Below, piece by piece: positions 18,952 to 27,500 of a DNA stretch of 64,000 nucleotides. The DNA comes from Angelakisella sp. (lineage in GTDB: Bacteria > Bacillota > Clostridia > Oscillospirales > Ruminococcaceae), in NCBI GenBank assembly GCA_036645835.1, contig JAVXNK010000004.1, forward strand, positions 29,193-93,192. Direction: 5' to 3'. Each line of letters begins with the position of its first letter. Position 1 is the first letter of the stretch. The notes under the pieces are model-generated. The model made no database searches. It had not been told where the DNA came from and saw nothing but the letters and a program-made list of their open reading frames with translations. The position numbers and the translations under genes are program-made.

Positions 18952-19683
18952 CTATGACATATTCCCTAGCAATAGTACAAACAGAATACCCATCATCAGT
19001 GCTGTCATAGATATTTTTGGTGTCTTCCCGCTTTGGGAGGTTGGTATCAGCTCCTTACAGGATACATATATCATCATACCTGCCACCGCGCCCATAACCA
19101 TTCCCATGGCATAGGGATTGATGTATGCAAAGATACTTTTCCCTAGGAAAAACCCCACTATTACCGGCAGCGCAGTGGAGGCAGACTGCAAAAACGCCCG
19201 AAGACGTTTTCCTGTGCTGTAGTAATAGGGTGCAGAGCTGCAAATACCCTCTGGAATGTCGTGGGTAGCGATTGCAATGGCAATGAGCATAGCCTTCCCT
19301 CCCTGGGACATATGGGTGCCGGCTGCCATAGCGATACCCTCGGGGAAGTTATGGATAAAGATAGCCGCTATCATCATTAGTGAAGCCGTTTCTAGCTTTG
19401 CCCTACTTTTTCCGCTGCCACGTTCCACCCCGTTTACAAAGTCACCGGCCAGCATCATAACCAACACACCAATAGAAACACCCAGCATGCAGCCTACTGT
19501 TCCACCCATCATAATGCTTTCGGGTATCATCTGTAAAAAAGATATCCCCAGCATGGTGCCACCTGCAAAGCTAAGCATGCCAAAGAGCAAACTTTCTCCT
19601 GGACGTATAGCAACACCAATGAGAGAGCCTAGCAGCGGCCCCATTAGCGATATGCCCAGTATCTTCATCTCCTCTAAGCTCAT
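18952..19683 (-). CDS. ZIP-family divalent metal transporter (ZupT-like)
   Basis: IHNFPEG and THDIPEG metal-site motifs; AGMMIYVSCKELIP. Confidence 0.9.
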   Translation of the reverse strand: MSLEEMKILGISLMGPLLGSLIGVAIRPGESLLFGMLSFAGGTMLGISFLQMIPESIMMGGTVGCMLGVSIGVLVMMLAGDFVNGVERGSGKSRAKLETASLMMIAAIFIHNFPEGIAMAAGTHMSQGGKAMLIAIAIATHDIPEGICSSAPYYYSTGKRLRAFLQSASTALPVIVGFFLGKSIFAYINPYAMGMVMGAVAGMMIYVSCKELIPTSQSGKTPKISMTALMMGILFVLLLGNMS

Positions 19684-19731
19684 ACACATCACCCCTTTTG
19701 CCATCATACGGGCGACATGGACGAATTATAC

Positions 19732-20496
19732 CTAGCCAAACAGATTATGCATAACAAGCAGTGTGCCATATATGATAGGCTGATGCAGGATGTAGATGAG
19801 AAGGGTATGTTTGCCTATAGCGGCAAGCGGTTTACAGTGAGAGCGATAGAAGTATGCAGGGAGTCGTCCCGCTTTTATGCTTTTCCCACAAAACCCACCT
19901 GCTAAAAATGCAAAAAACCAAGGCATAAGAGGATAGTAGTCGGCTGATGTTAGCCCCGTACACATAAAACCCAGTGGAAATAGCAGTGGCTGGTTGTAAA
20001 GAAAAGCCGGAAGCTGTACAGTAAGCCCCCACCCTGCAATGCCAAGCACACCATAGTAGATATCAAAGGTTATGCAAAACAATAGCAGTGATACGACAAG
20101 CCCCACGCCGGAGGGGATTTTATTAAGAGGTTTCTCCAGCAGGCCATACAGTATCATGGCAACACCAAAAAAGTGTAGTATTCCAAAGATAATGAGCTGT
20201 GATGGCATGGCTATGTAGGTGGCAATAGTCAGCACCATAGCGAAAGCCAGCGTTTTCAGCCCACGCTTCATGTTACTGTGGCTAAAGTGTGAGGATATGC
20301 CAGAAATCATGATAAGTAGAAACACAAAGAGATTACGCAGATTATTCATAGTGGGAGAAAAGAACCAATCCCACTCCATACCAAACAGTATCAGGTCATA
20401 TACCAGATGGTACCATACCACAAACAGTATTAAAAAACCTCGAAATTCATCTAAAAAATGTACCCTGCCGCCGCTGTAATTGCTCAAACCATTCAC
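19732..20496 (-). CDS. DUF1624 / heparan-alpha-glucosaminide N-acetyltransferase-like membrane protein
   Basis: RVHFLDEFRG, FGILHFFG, DYYPLMPW and GKHTLLIYILHQP motifs. Confidence 0.85.
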   Translation of the reverse strand: MNGLSNYSGGRVHFLDEFRGFLILFVVWYHLVYDLILFGMEWDWFFSPTMNNLRNLFVFLLIMISGISSHFSHSNMKRGLKTLAFAMVLTIATYIAMPSQLIIFGILHFFGVAMILYGLLEKPLNKIPSGVGLVVSLLLFCITFDIYYGVLGIAGWGLTVQLPAFLYNQPLLFPLGFMCTGLTSADYYPLMPWFFAFLAGGFCGKSIKAGRLPAYFYRSHCKPLAAIGKHTLLIYILHQPIIYGTLLVMHNLFG

Positions 20497-20611
20497 GCAC
20501 TCCTATCCTGTAACATTCCTAGCATAAGTATATCAAAAAGTGTTGTAAAAGGCGAGTGTTTATTCTATACTAGTAAAGATAGCGAAAACTTTATATACAG
20601 GAGATGTTACT

Positions 20612-21817
20612 ATGACAGATATGTTAGACGAACAGCGCACATGGGTAGAGGTATCCCTAGATGCTCTGGGTCATAACTATAATAATATTAGAAGTCTTTT
20701 ACACTGCAAATACCTTGCGGTAGTAAAAGCTGATGCCTATGGGCACGGAGATGCTGTTATCTCGACAGCCTTACAGGAGCTTGGGGCCGACTGGTTTGGT
20801 GTCGCTACCATACAGGAAGCCGTATCTCTACGCAAAAACGGCATTGTAAAACCTATTCTGATTTTTGGTTATACCTCCCCTACTTCTGCTGCCCTGCTGG
20901 CATCGGAACATCTGACACAAGCGGTGTATTCCCAGGAATACGGCTTGGCACTGAAAGCTGCTGCCGAGGAAGCAGGCGTTACACTGGAATGCCACCTAAA
21001 GCTGGATAGCGGTATGGGTCGACTTGGCTTCAATACACAAAACCCCCATCTGGCGGAGGATGCCAAAGAAATAATGGGGGGCAATCTACAGCTAACCGGT
21101 ACCTTTACACATTTTGCTGTTGCTGATGAACTTAGTGATCGCTCGGTGGATTTTACCAGAGAACAGCTGCACCGCTTTCAGGAGGCTTGTACTCATTTGG
21201 AGCAGGCGGGCATTTCTACCGGTTTGCATCACTGTGCAAACTCGGCCGCAGCCATCCTCTACCCTGAAACCCAGCTGGATATGGTGAGAGTAGGCATTTC
21301 ACAGTATGGTTTCGCCCCTTCCGACGAGCTTGCAGGGAAAGTACATCTCACCCCTCTTATGACCTTCTGCTCTACCATTGCTATGGTTAAAGAGATTGAG
21401 GTTGGAGATACTTTAAGCTATGGCCGCATATATACCGCCGACAGCAAACGCCGCATAGCCACCATTACAGTAGGCTATGCGGACGGATACCCTCGGAAAC
21501 TTGGAGGGATTGCACAGGTTATTATACGGGGACAGTATGCCCCTGTGGTGGGGCGGGTCTGTATGGATCAGCTGATGGCGGATGTAACCCATATTCCCGA
21601 CAGCTGCATGGGCGACCGTGTAATACTGGCCGGCAGTGAGGGCGACTGTGAAGTTACCTTTGAACAGCTTGCAGCGCTTACCGATACGGTACACTATGAG
21701 CGTATCTGCGCTATATCTCGAAGGGTGCCGCGAATTTATACCTCTGATAGCGGCAATCCCGATCATCTGGTACTACGGTATTCCCCCATCTCACCCTCGT
21801 CGCACCCACCGCTGTAG
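20612..21817 (+). CDS. alr: Alanine racemase
   Basis: VVKADAYGHG (PLP Lys), KLDSGMGRLG, FTHFA, HCANS, SYG, GYADG and GRVCMDQ motifs. Confidence 0.96.
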   Translation: MTDMLDEQRTWVEVSLDALGHNYNNIRSLLHCKYLAVVKADAYGHGDAVISTALQELGADWFGVATIQEAVSLRKNGIVKPILIFGYTSPTSAALLASEHLTQAVYSQEYGLALKAAAEEAGVTLECHLKLDSGMGRLGFNTQNPHLAEDAKEIMGGNLQLTGTFTHFAVADELSDRSVDFTREQLHRFQEACTHLEQAGISTGLHHCANSAAAILYPETQLDMVRVGISQYGFAPSDELAGKVHLTPLMTFCSTIAMVKEIEVGDTLSYGRIYTADSKRRIATITVGYADGYPRKLGGIAQVIIRGQYAPVVGRVCMDQLMADVTHIPDSCMGDRVILAGSEGDCEVTFEQLAALTDTVHYERICAISRRVPRIYTSDSGNPDHLVLRYSPISPSSHPPL

Positions 21818-21939
21818 TAGAAGATAAAATCATCTACATCCCCCAATACACCAGACCATAGTCCTTTGTGAATACCGCCTTTTTCCTCAACCTGTGAATC
21901 ATTCTCATCTTCGCCATAGTATACAGGTCTGTACGTCAT
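21763..21939 (-). CDS. Putative 58-aa acidic small protein, antisense-overlapping the alr 3' end
   Basis: Manual translation: MTYRPVYYGEDENDSQVEEKGGIHKGLWSGVLGDVDDFIFYYSGGCDEGEMGEYRSTR. Preceded by AAAAAGGGTGAT 7 nt upstream. Below the ORF-track cutoff. Confidence 0.4.
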   Translation of the reverse strand: MTYRPVYYGEDENDSQVEEKGGIHKGLWSGVLGDVDDFIFYYSGGCDEGEMGEYRSTR

Positions 21940-22053
21940 TCTGAAATCACCCTTTTTACATATATTAGTTGTCTATTCCATGTTGCTATTTGCAATGGAA
22001 TATCTACTATTATATGCAAAGCAATGTTAAAAATTACGGGAGGACTGCGAATT

Positions 22054-22596
22054 TTGAAAGTGCTTTTAACTTTATTTTTGGTCTTTGCTAAAATAGGTAG
22101 CGTTACCTTTGGCGGAGGCTACGCCATGCTTTCCATTCTACAACGGGAGGTTTGTGAAAAGTACCACTGGGTTTCCAATGAAGACATTATGGATTATTAC
22201 GCCATTGGCCAGTGTGCTCCCGGTATTATTGCAGTTAATACCGCTACCTTTGTGGGCAATAAGGTAGCAGGTATATGGGGTGGCATATCGGCCACTGTGG
22301 GGATGGTATTCCCCTCGGTAGTGGTCATCACCGTCATTGCTGCTTTCATTCAAAACTTTGCAGAACTTCCACTGGTGCAAGATGTCTTTACCGGTATCCG
22401 TGCAGCTGTCTGTGCACTCATCATTTCCGCAGTTGTAAAGCTTTGGAAAAACGCCATAGTTGATAAGGTTACCCTAGCTATCTTTCTTGCGGTTTTTGGG
22501 TGCAGTATCTTTACTGACCTTTCCCCCGCCATATTTGTGGTACTGGCTGGAGTAGCAGGAATATTCCTCCACGGCAGAAAGGCGGCAAAACAATGA
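22054..22596 (+). CDS. Chromate transporter (short-chain CHR, subunit 1)
   Basis: TFGGGYAM and QCAPGIIAVN motifs; probable TTG start at 22054 after GGAGG. Confidence 0.88.
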   Translation: MKVLLTLFLVFAKIGSVTFGGGYAMLSILQREVCEKYHWVSNEDIMDYYAIGQCAPGIIAVNTATFVGNKVAGIWGGISATVGMVFPSVVVITVIAAFIQNFAELPLVQDVFTGIRAAVCALIISAVVKLWKNAIVDKVTLAIFLAVFGCSIFTDLSPAIFVVLAGVAGIFLHGRKAAKQ

Positions 22597-23165
22597 TACT
22601 CTTGCAGCTTTTCTGGGAATTTTTTAAAACAGGACTATTTTCCGTAGGCGGCGGACTGGCTATACTACCTTTCTTGTATGATATGTCGGCTGCTACAGGG
22701 TGGTTTACTGAACTGCAACTGGCTGATATGATTGCCATTTCAGAATCTACCCCCGGGGCAATCGGCGTTAACATGGCCACCTATGTAGGCTACACAACTC
22801 AGGGACTTGTAGGCAGTATCGTTGCGACGCTGGGTCTCATTACACCTTCGCTCATTATCATTCTTATCATAGCACGTTTTTTAAGCTCCTTTAACGAAAA
22901 GCCACAGGTGCGCAGTGCTTTTTATGGCCTACGCCCCGCCTCTGTGGCTCTTATAGCGGCAGCAGCTCTGTCGGTCATCAAGATATCTATTGTACGGCTG
23001 GATGCCTTCCGCAGCAGCGGAATGCTCTCCCAGCTCATTCATTGGAAATCGCTGATATTGGCTATTGTCCTATGGGTGCTTATGGAAAAGAAAAATCTAC
23101 ATCCCGTTGTGGTCATTGCCATAGCTGCAGTGTCCGGAATTGTCTTTAACTTTGCAGGAGCATAA
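22593..23165 (+). CDS. Chromate transporter (short-chain CHR, subunit 2)
   Basis: SVGGGLA and ESTPGAIGVNMATYVG motifs; 4-nt overlap with subunit 1. Confidence 0.88.
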   Translation: MILLQLFWEFFKTGLFSVGGGLAILPFLYDMSAATGWFTELQLADMIAISESTPGAIGVNMATYVGYTTQGLVGSIVATLGLITPSLIIILIIARFLSSFNEKPQVRSAFYGLRPASVALIAAAALSVIKISIVRLDAFRSSGMLSQLIHWKSLILAIVLWVLMEKKNLHPVVVIAIAAVSGIVFNFAGA

Positions 23166-23204
23166 AAAAGACCGCTTTTCAGATAATGAAAAGCGGTCTT
23201 TTTT
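23164..23204. terminator. Bidirectional intrinsic terminator
   Basis: AAAAAAGACCGCTTTTCA-GATAA-TGAAAAGCGGTCTTTTTT between convergent genes. Confidence 0.88.
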
Positions 23205-23213
23205 TATAGCATA

Positions 23214-23771
23214 TTACTGGTCCAGTTTTTCTACAGCTTCCTCAACTGCTGCTGCAGTCTCTTCCACTGCAGTTTCAACTGTGGCAGCTATCTGCTCTAC
23301 AGTTTCCTCCACGGTGGCGGCTATCTCTTCCGCAGTCTCTTCCACCTCAGAGATATCAATAATCTCAGTATCAACCACATACTCGTTTTCGGTCACAGGA
23401 ACAAGCTTGGTCCCACACTTGGTGCAGAAGGAAGCACTCATAGGATTCTTTTCGCCGCACTGGGTACAGAATATATCGGTCCCACTTACGGGTGTAGTTT
23501 TGCGAAGCTCCTCAAGAGTCTTGTACAGGCTGTCCAGTTCCTTAACCAGCATCTCCTGCAGTTTTAGGCTATCTTTGCCGGTTTTAAAGGCTTCATAAAC
23601 AATCATGCCCAGGCGCTCATTTACCTCACCGATCTGCGCATTCAGTTTCGCTTCGGCCAGCTTTGCCTTGGAGGTGTCTACCACTTCCCCGACAACATCT
23701 CCCGCAATCTTTCCTGCTGTAACTGCAACTTCCTTAGCTTTTTGAATGAGTTCGTCAAATGATACTGTCAT
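23214..23771 (-). CDS. Zinc-ribbon-domain protein with an acidic 11-residue repeat tail
   Basis: Helical N-terminus, CTQCG...FCTKCG, then EETAEEIAATV-type repeats. Confidence 0.8.
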   Translation of the reverse strand: MTVSFDELIQKAKEVAVTAGKIAGDVVGEVVDTSKAKLAEAKLNAQIGEVNERLGMIVYEAFKTGKDSLKLQEMLVKELDSLYKTLEELRKTTPVSGTDIFCTQCGEKNPMSASFCTKCGTKLVPVTENEYVVDTEIIDISEVEETAEEIAATVEETVEQIAATVETAVEETAAAVEEAVEKLDQ

Positions 23772-23796
23772 AAGTAAAAAACTCCTTTTCTGTTTA

Positions 23797-25293
23797 TTAC
23801 AGCGGAAAATTTAGAATGCTCCGCTTTCTATCTAACATTGTATCAAATCTTTCCATATATTCATAGGGGTATTTCAAATTAAATATTCGTTCTATTCTGA
23901 CATTTTCCTCACCATATTGTTCGCTGTCGCCCTGCATGACCAGCTTGGTGACACCCCCAGCGCCTACAGATAAAATAGTATGGGTTTCATCCATAATAAA
24001 AATGTTGTAGCGGCACTCCTTGCCTTTTCGTGAAAAGCCTACATTTTCCAAGGAATCTACCGTTCCCTTCTGCCGGTATAGGTAATAAGGAACGTAACCT
24101 AGCTCTGCCAGCCTGCGCTGAGAGTAGCTTATCATTCGGGACACAGGAGATTCCGCTTCCGCCCCTGTGCCCAGTATGGTCTGTTTGTTGCCTATAAGTC
24201 GGGCAGCACGCTTTACAGTAAGTGCGTGCACCGTAATATTGTCGGGAGAAAGTGCAGCTACCTGTTCCAACGAATTTTGGAAGGACTGTAGGGTGTCATC
24301 GGGTAAACCCGCTATTAAATCCACATTTATGGCTGTAAAGCCAAACTGCTTAACAGTATTATACGCATCAAAAAAGTCCTTGGCGCTATGTTTTCTTCCA
24401 ATTGATTCCAATATATCATCATTTATAGTCTGACAGTTCACGCTGATTCTATCCACACCCAGCGTGCGCATAACCTCCAGTTTATCGAGGGTTATGGTAT
24501 CCGGCCTACCGGCCTCTACGGTAAACTCTGTGCAGTGGGAAAGGTCAAAGCACTCCCGCACTACCGTAAGCACCAGCTCCATTTGCGGGGCTGTCAGCAC
24601 CGTAGGAGTACCGCCGCCCATATAGACCGACTGTAGAACAAGACCCTTCTCCTCTACTATTTTTGCAGTTTCCCGCAGTTCATGGCAAAGTTTTTCCAGA
24701 TACTCCGGTATAAGCTTCCATGTCTTTTCTATGGAGTGAGAGACAAAGGAACAATAGCTACAGCGAGATGGGCAAAATGGTATAGAGATATAGAGGCTAT
24801 AGCCACGGGGCAAGGCAGAGGTTACAATATCCTGTTGCACTTCGTCGGTAAGGCGGCAAAGTGCTGCTTTTTCCTGTGTAGTTAGGTACTGCTCTATAAA
24901 AACAGCTTCAATGTCGCGGGGGGATTTGCCTTCGGTGCGCAGCTTCCTGGCAAGCTTCACAGGACGAATTCCAGTAAGCACACCCCAGTCAATGGTACGG
25001 CCGGTAAGCTCGCTAAGCAGCCTGTAAAGCAGCTTCCCAAGCTCAATGGGCGCGTTTATGTCGGAACTGCACAGCGTATCACTGCAGTTGAGGCTTCTGC
25101 CGTCGGGAAGATGTAACGTTACCGAAATGCAGTGTCCGCCCGTGCACTCCTGCTCAGTGGGCAGTACCACCGCCTGAGTATGGTCTATGCTCTCCCCTAT
25201 CCTTACCCACTGCATCTCCTCAGAAGGGAAAAAGAGCCGGGCCACATTGCTCAGCTCATATTGTAGCTTTTGGCTATCTGTTACTATAATCAT
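23797..25293 (-). CDS. hemZ: HemZ-family radical SAM protein (coproporphyrinogen III oxidase-like)
   Basis: WGVLTGIRPVK, CPSRCSYC, YMGGGTPT and PYYLYRQK motifs; downstream of rel. Confidence 0.9.
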   Translation of the reverse strand: MIIVTDSQKLQYELSNVARLFFPSEEMQWVRIGESIDHTQAVVLPTEQECTGGHCISVTLHLPDGRSLNCSDTLCSSDINAPIELGKLLYRLLSELTGRTIDWGVLTGIRPVKLARKLRTEGKSPRDIEAVFIEQYLTTQEKAALCRLTDEVQQDIVTSALPRGYSLYISIPFCPSRCSYCSFVSHSIEKTWKLIPEYLEKLCHELRETAKIVEEKGLVLQSVYMGGGTPTVLTAPQMELVLTVVRECFDLSHCTEFTVEAGRPDTITLDKLEVMRTLGVDRISVNCQTINDDILESIGRKHSAKDFFDAYNTVKQFGFTAINVDLIAGLPDDTLQSFQNSLEQVAALSPDNITVHALTVKRAARLIGNKQTILGTGAEAESPVSRMISYSQRRLAELGYVPYYLYRQKGTVDSLENVGFSRKGKECRYNIFIMDETHTILSVGAGGVTKLVMQGDSEQYGEENVRIERIFNLKYPYEYMERFDTMLDRKRSILNFPL

Positions 25294-27470
25294 TGTACTG
25301 TTCTCTCCACCGATATGATGCCGCTTATCTTCCTAAGCGAAGCAATAATACTCTTCAGTTCATCCAGGTCACTGATACCGATGGTCACCTGTATGCTGGA
25401 AAGATGATCCTTCATCTCCCGGGCAAGCAGTGTGTGAATGGGCAGCCGCATGTTGCTTAGTGCAATACTTACATCTGCAAGCAGGCCCTGACGGTCGGAA
25501 CCAATAATTTCAATGGTAGACTTGAAGGTTTCACGAACCTCGGAAGCCCAGATGCACTGCACCCAACGCTCCGGCTCATTGTTGGCATTTATTACGTTGA
25601 CGCAATCTTTTTTGTGTATGGAAACGCCAAATCCACGGGTAATAAAGCCGGTAATATCATCACCGGGCAGCGGATTGCAGCAACGGGCAAATTTGACCAG
25701 ACATCCCTCCAGCCCCTCCACGATAACACCGCTGGAAGCCTTGGATTCCTTGCGCTTTTTGGGTATATTCTGAACCACAAGGTCATTTTTGGGTTCTGCT
25801 CGGTAAATCCTTGCAAAGTCTTCCTTTACCCTAGGCATAATCTTTTGCAAAGACAGGCCGCCATAGCCAATAGCCGCATAGAAATCATCTATGCTGTTAT
25901 ACCGCTGACGGGTAGCAAGGTCGCTCATAAAGCTTTCCTTGTCCTCGTCCGGAATACTTATCAGGTTGCGGCGGAACTCTCGCTCCACTGCTGTTCTGCC
26001 CTCGCTGACGTTCTCCTCACGCTTTTCCTTCTTAAACCAGCTGCGTATCTTGTTTTTAGCTTCGGAAGTACGCACAATATTAAGCCAGTCACGGCTTGGG
26101 CCATTGCCCTTTCCGGACGGAGTTATAACCTCTACAATCATGCCGGTTTTAACCTTGAAATCCAGCGAAACCATACGGCCGTCAACCTTAGCACCGGTCA
26201 TCTTATTGCCTACTGCCGAATGTATGGCGTAAGCAAAATCTATAACCGTAGCTCCTAAAGGCAGACTGACAACGTCTCCCTTGGGGGTAAAAACAAATAC
26301 TTCCTCGGGGGCAATATCACTTTTGATGGATTTTACTATATCCTCTACATCGTCGGACTCCTTCTGGGATTCCAGCAGCTGCCGTATCCACGACAGACGC
26401 AGGTCCAGGCTATCCTTTCCGTTAAGGCCTACCTTGTACTTCCAGTGCGCTGCAACACCATATTCGGCGGTGTAGTGCATATCCCATGTGCGTATCTGCA
26501 CCTCGAATGGGATACCTTCCTTGTCAATGACGGTGGTGTGCAGAGACTGGTACATATTCTGCTTGGGCGTAGAGATATAGTCTTTAAATCGATTGGGAAT
26601 AGGGCGCAGCATATCATGAATAACGCCCAGAATATTGTAGCATTCCAGAACGGTATCCACTATAATTCTTACGGCGTAAACGTCGTAGATTTCGTCAATA
26701 TTTCTCCCCTGCATATATACTTTGCGGTAGATGCCATACATGCTCTTGACCCGTCCATAAAGCTGGGCGTTCAGATGCTCTGCGGCCAGACGTTCATTGA
26801 TGCGGGTAATAATACGGTTTAAGAAAGCTTCCCGCTCATCCTTACGCATGGCAAGCTGTTCTTCTATTTCATTACAGGCTATGGGATCCAGATAGTGCAG
26901 AGAAAGGTCTTCCAGCTCCTCTTTGAGTCCACTGATACCCAGGCGGTGTGCTAAAGGTGCATACACCTCCATGGTCTCCAGTGCAATCATCCGCTTCTTA
27001 TCTTCGGACTGGTAGTCCAGTGTACGCATATTATGGAGCCTGTCGGCAAGCTTAATTATAATAACCCGAACATCCTGTGCCATAGCCAACAGCATTTTTC
27101 GGACGTTTTCCGCTTGCTGCCGCTCACGGGAGGAGAAGGGTATGCCACCCAGTTTGGTAACACCATCTACCAGCAGTGCTACGTCAGCACCAAAGTTCTT
27201 CTTAATGTCATCTACAGTAGAAGGTGTGTCCTCAACAACATCATGTAAAAGCGCAGCAACAATAGAGTCGGTATCCATACCGAGCTCTATCAGAATAATG
27301 GCAGCATGAACAGGATGCTCGATATATGGGTCTCCCGATTTGCGTAGCTGCCCCTCATGGGCACCTTTGGCATATAGGTAGGCTCTCTCTATCCGGTCCA
27401 TATCATACTGTTTATTCGTTTGTTCTATGGCTTCCCGTAGTTTCTCAAATATACCGTCTGTTTCTTTCAA
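25290..27470 (-). CDS. relA: Bifunctional (p)ppGpp synthetase/hydrolase Rel (RSH)
   Basis: LLHDVVED, IKLADRLHNMRTL, RFKDYI...YQSLHT and EVQIRT motifs, plus TGS, CC and ACT domains. Confidence 0.97.
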   Translation of the reverse strand: MKETDGIFEKLREAIEQTNKQYDMDRIERAYLYAKGAHEGQLRKSGDPYIEHPVHAAIILIELGMDTDSIVAALLHDVVEDTPSTVDDIKKNFGADVALLVDGVTKLGGIPFSSRERQQAENVRKMLLAMAQDVRVIIIKLADRLHNMRTLDYQSEDKKRMIALETMEVYAPLAHRLGISGLKEELEDLSLHYLDPIACNEIEEQLAMRKDEREAFLNRIITRINERLAAEHLNAQLYGRVKSMYGIYRKVYMQGRNIDEIYDVYAVRIIVDTVLECYNILGVIHDMLRPIPNRFKDYISTPKQNMYQSLHTTVIDKEGIPFEVQIRTWDMHYTAEYGVAAHWKYKVGLNGKDSLDLRLSWIRQLLESQKESDDVEDIVKSIKSDIAPEEVFVFTPKGDVVSLPLGATVIDFAYAIHSAVGNKMTGAKVDGRMVSLDFKVKTGMIVEVITPSGKGNGPSRDWLNIVRTSEAKNKIRSWFKKEKREENVSEGRTAVEREFRRNLISIPDEDKESFMSDLATRQRYNSIDDFYAAIGYGGLSLQKIMPRVKEDFARIYRAEPKNDLVVQNIPKKRKESKASSGVIVEGLEGCLVKFARCCNPLPGDDITGFITRGFGVSIHKKDCVNVINANNEPERWVQCIWASEVRETFKSTIEIIGSDRQGLLADVSIALSNMRLPIHTLLAREMKDHLSSIQVTIGISDLDELKSIIASLRKISGIISVERTVQ

Positions 27471-27500
27471 GCTGTTACCATCCCCTTTGCCGCCGGACTA

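Noticed and set aside
22054-23165. Split chromate transporter as a broken gene
   Set aside because: Paired short-chain CHR genes are an established architecture, and both have proper starts and a 4-nt coupling overlap.
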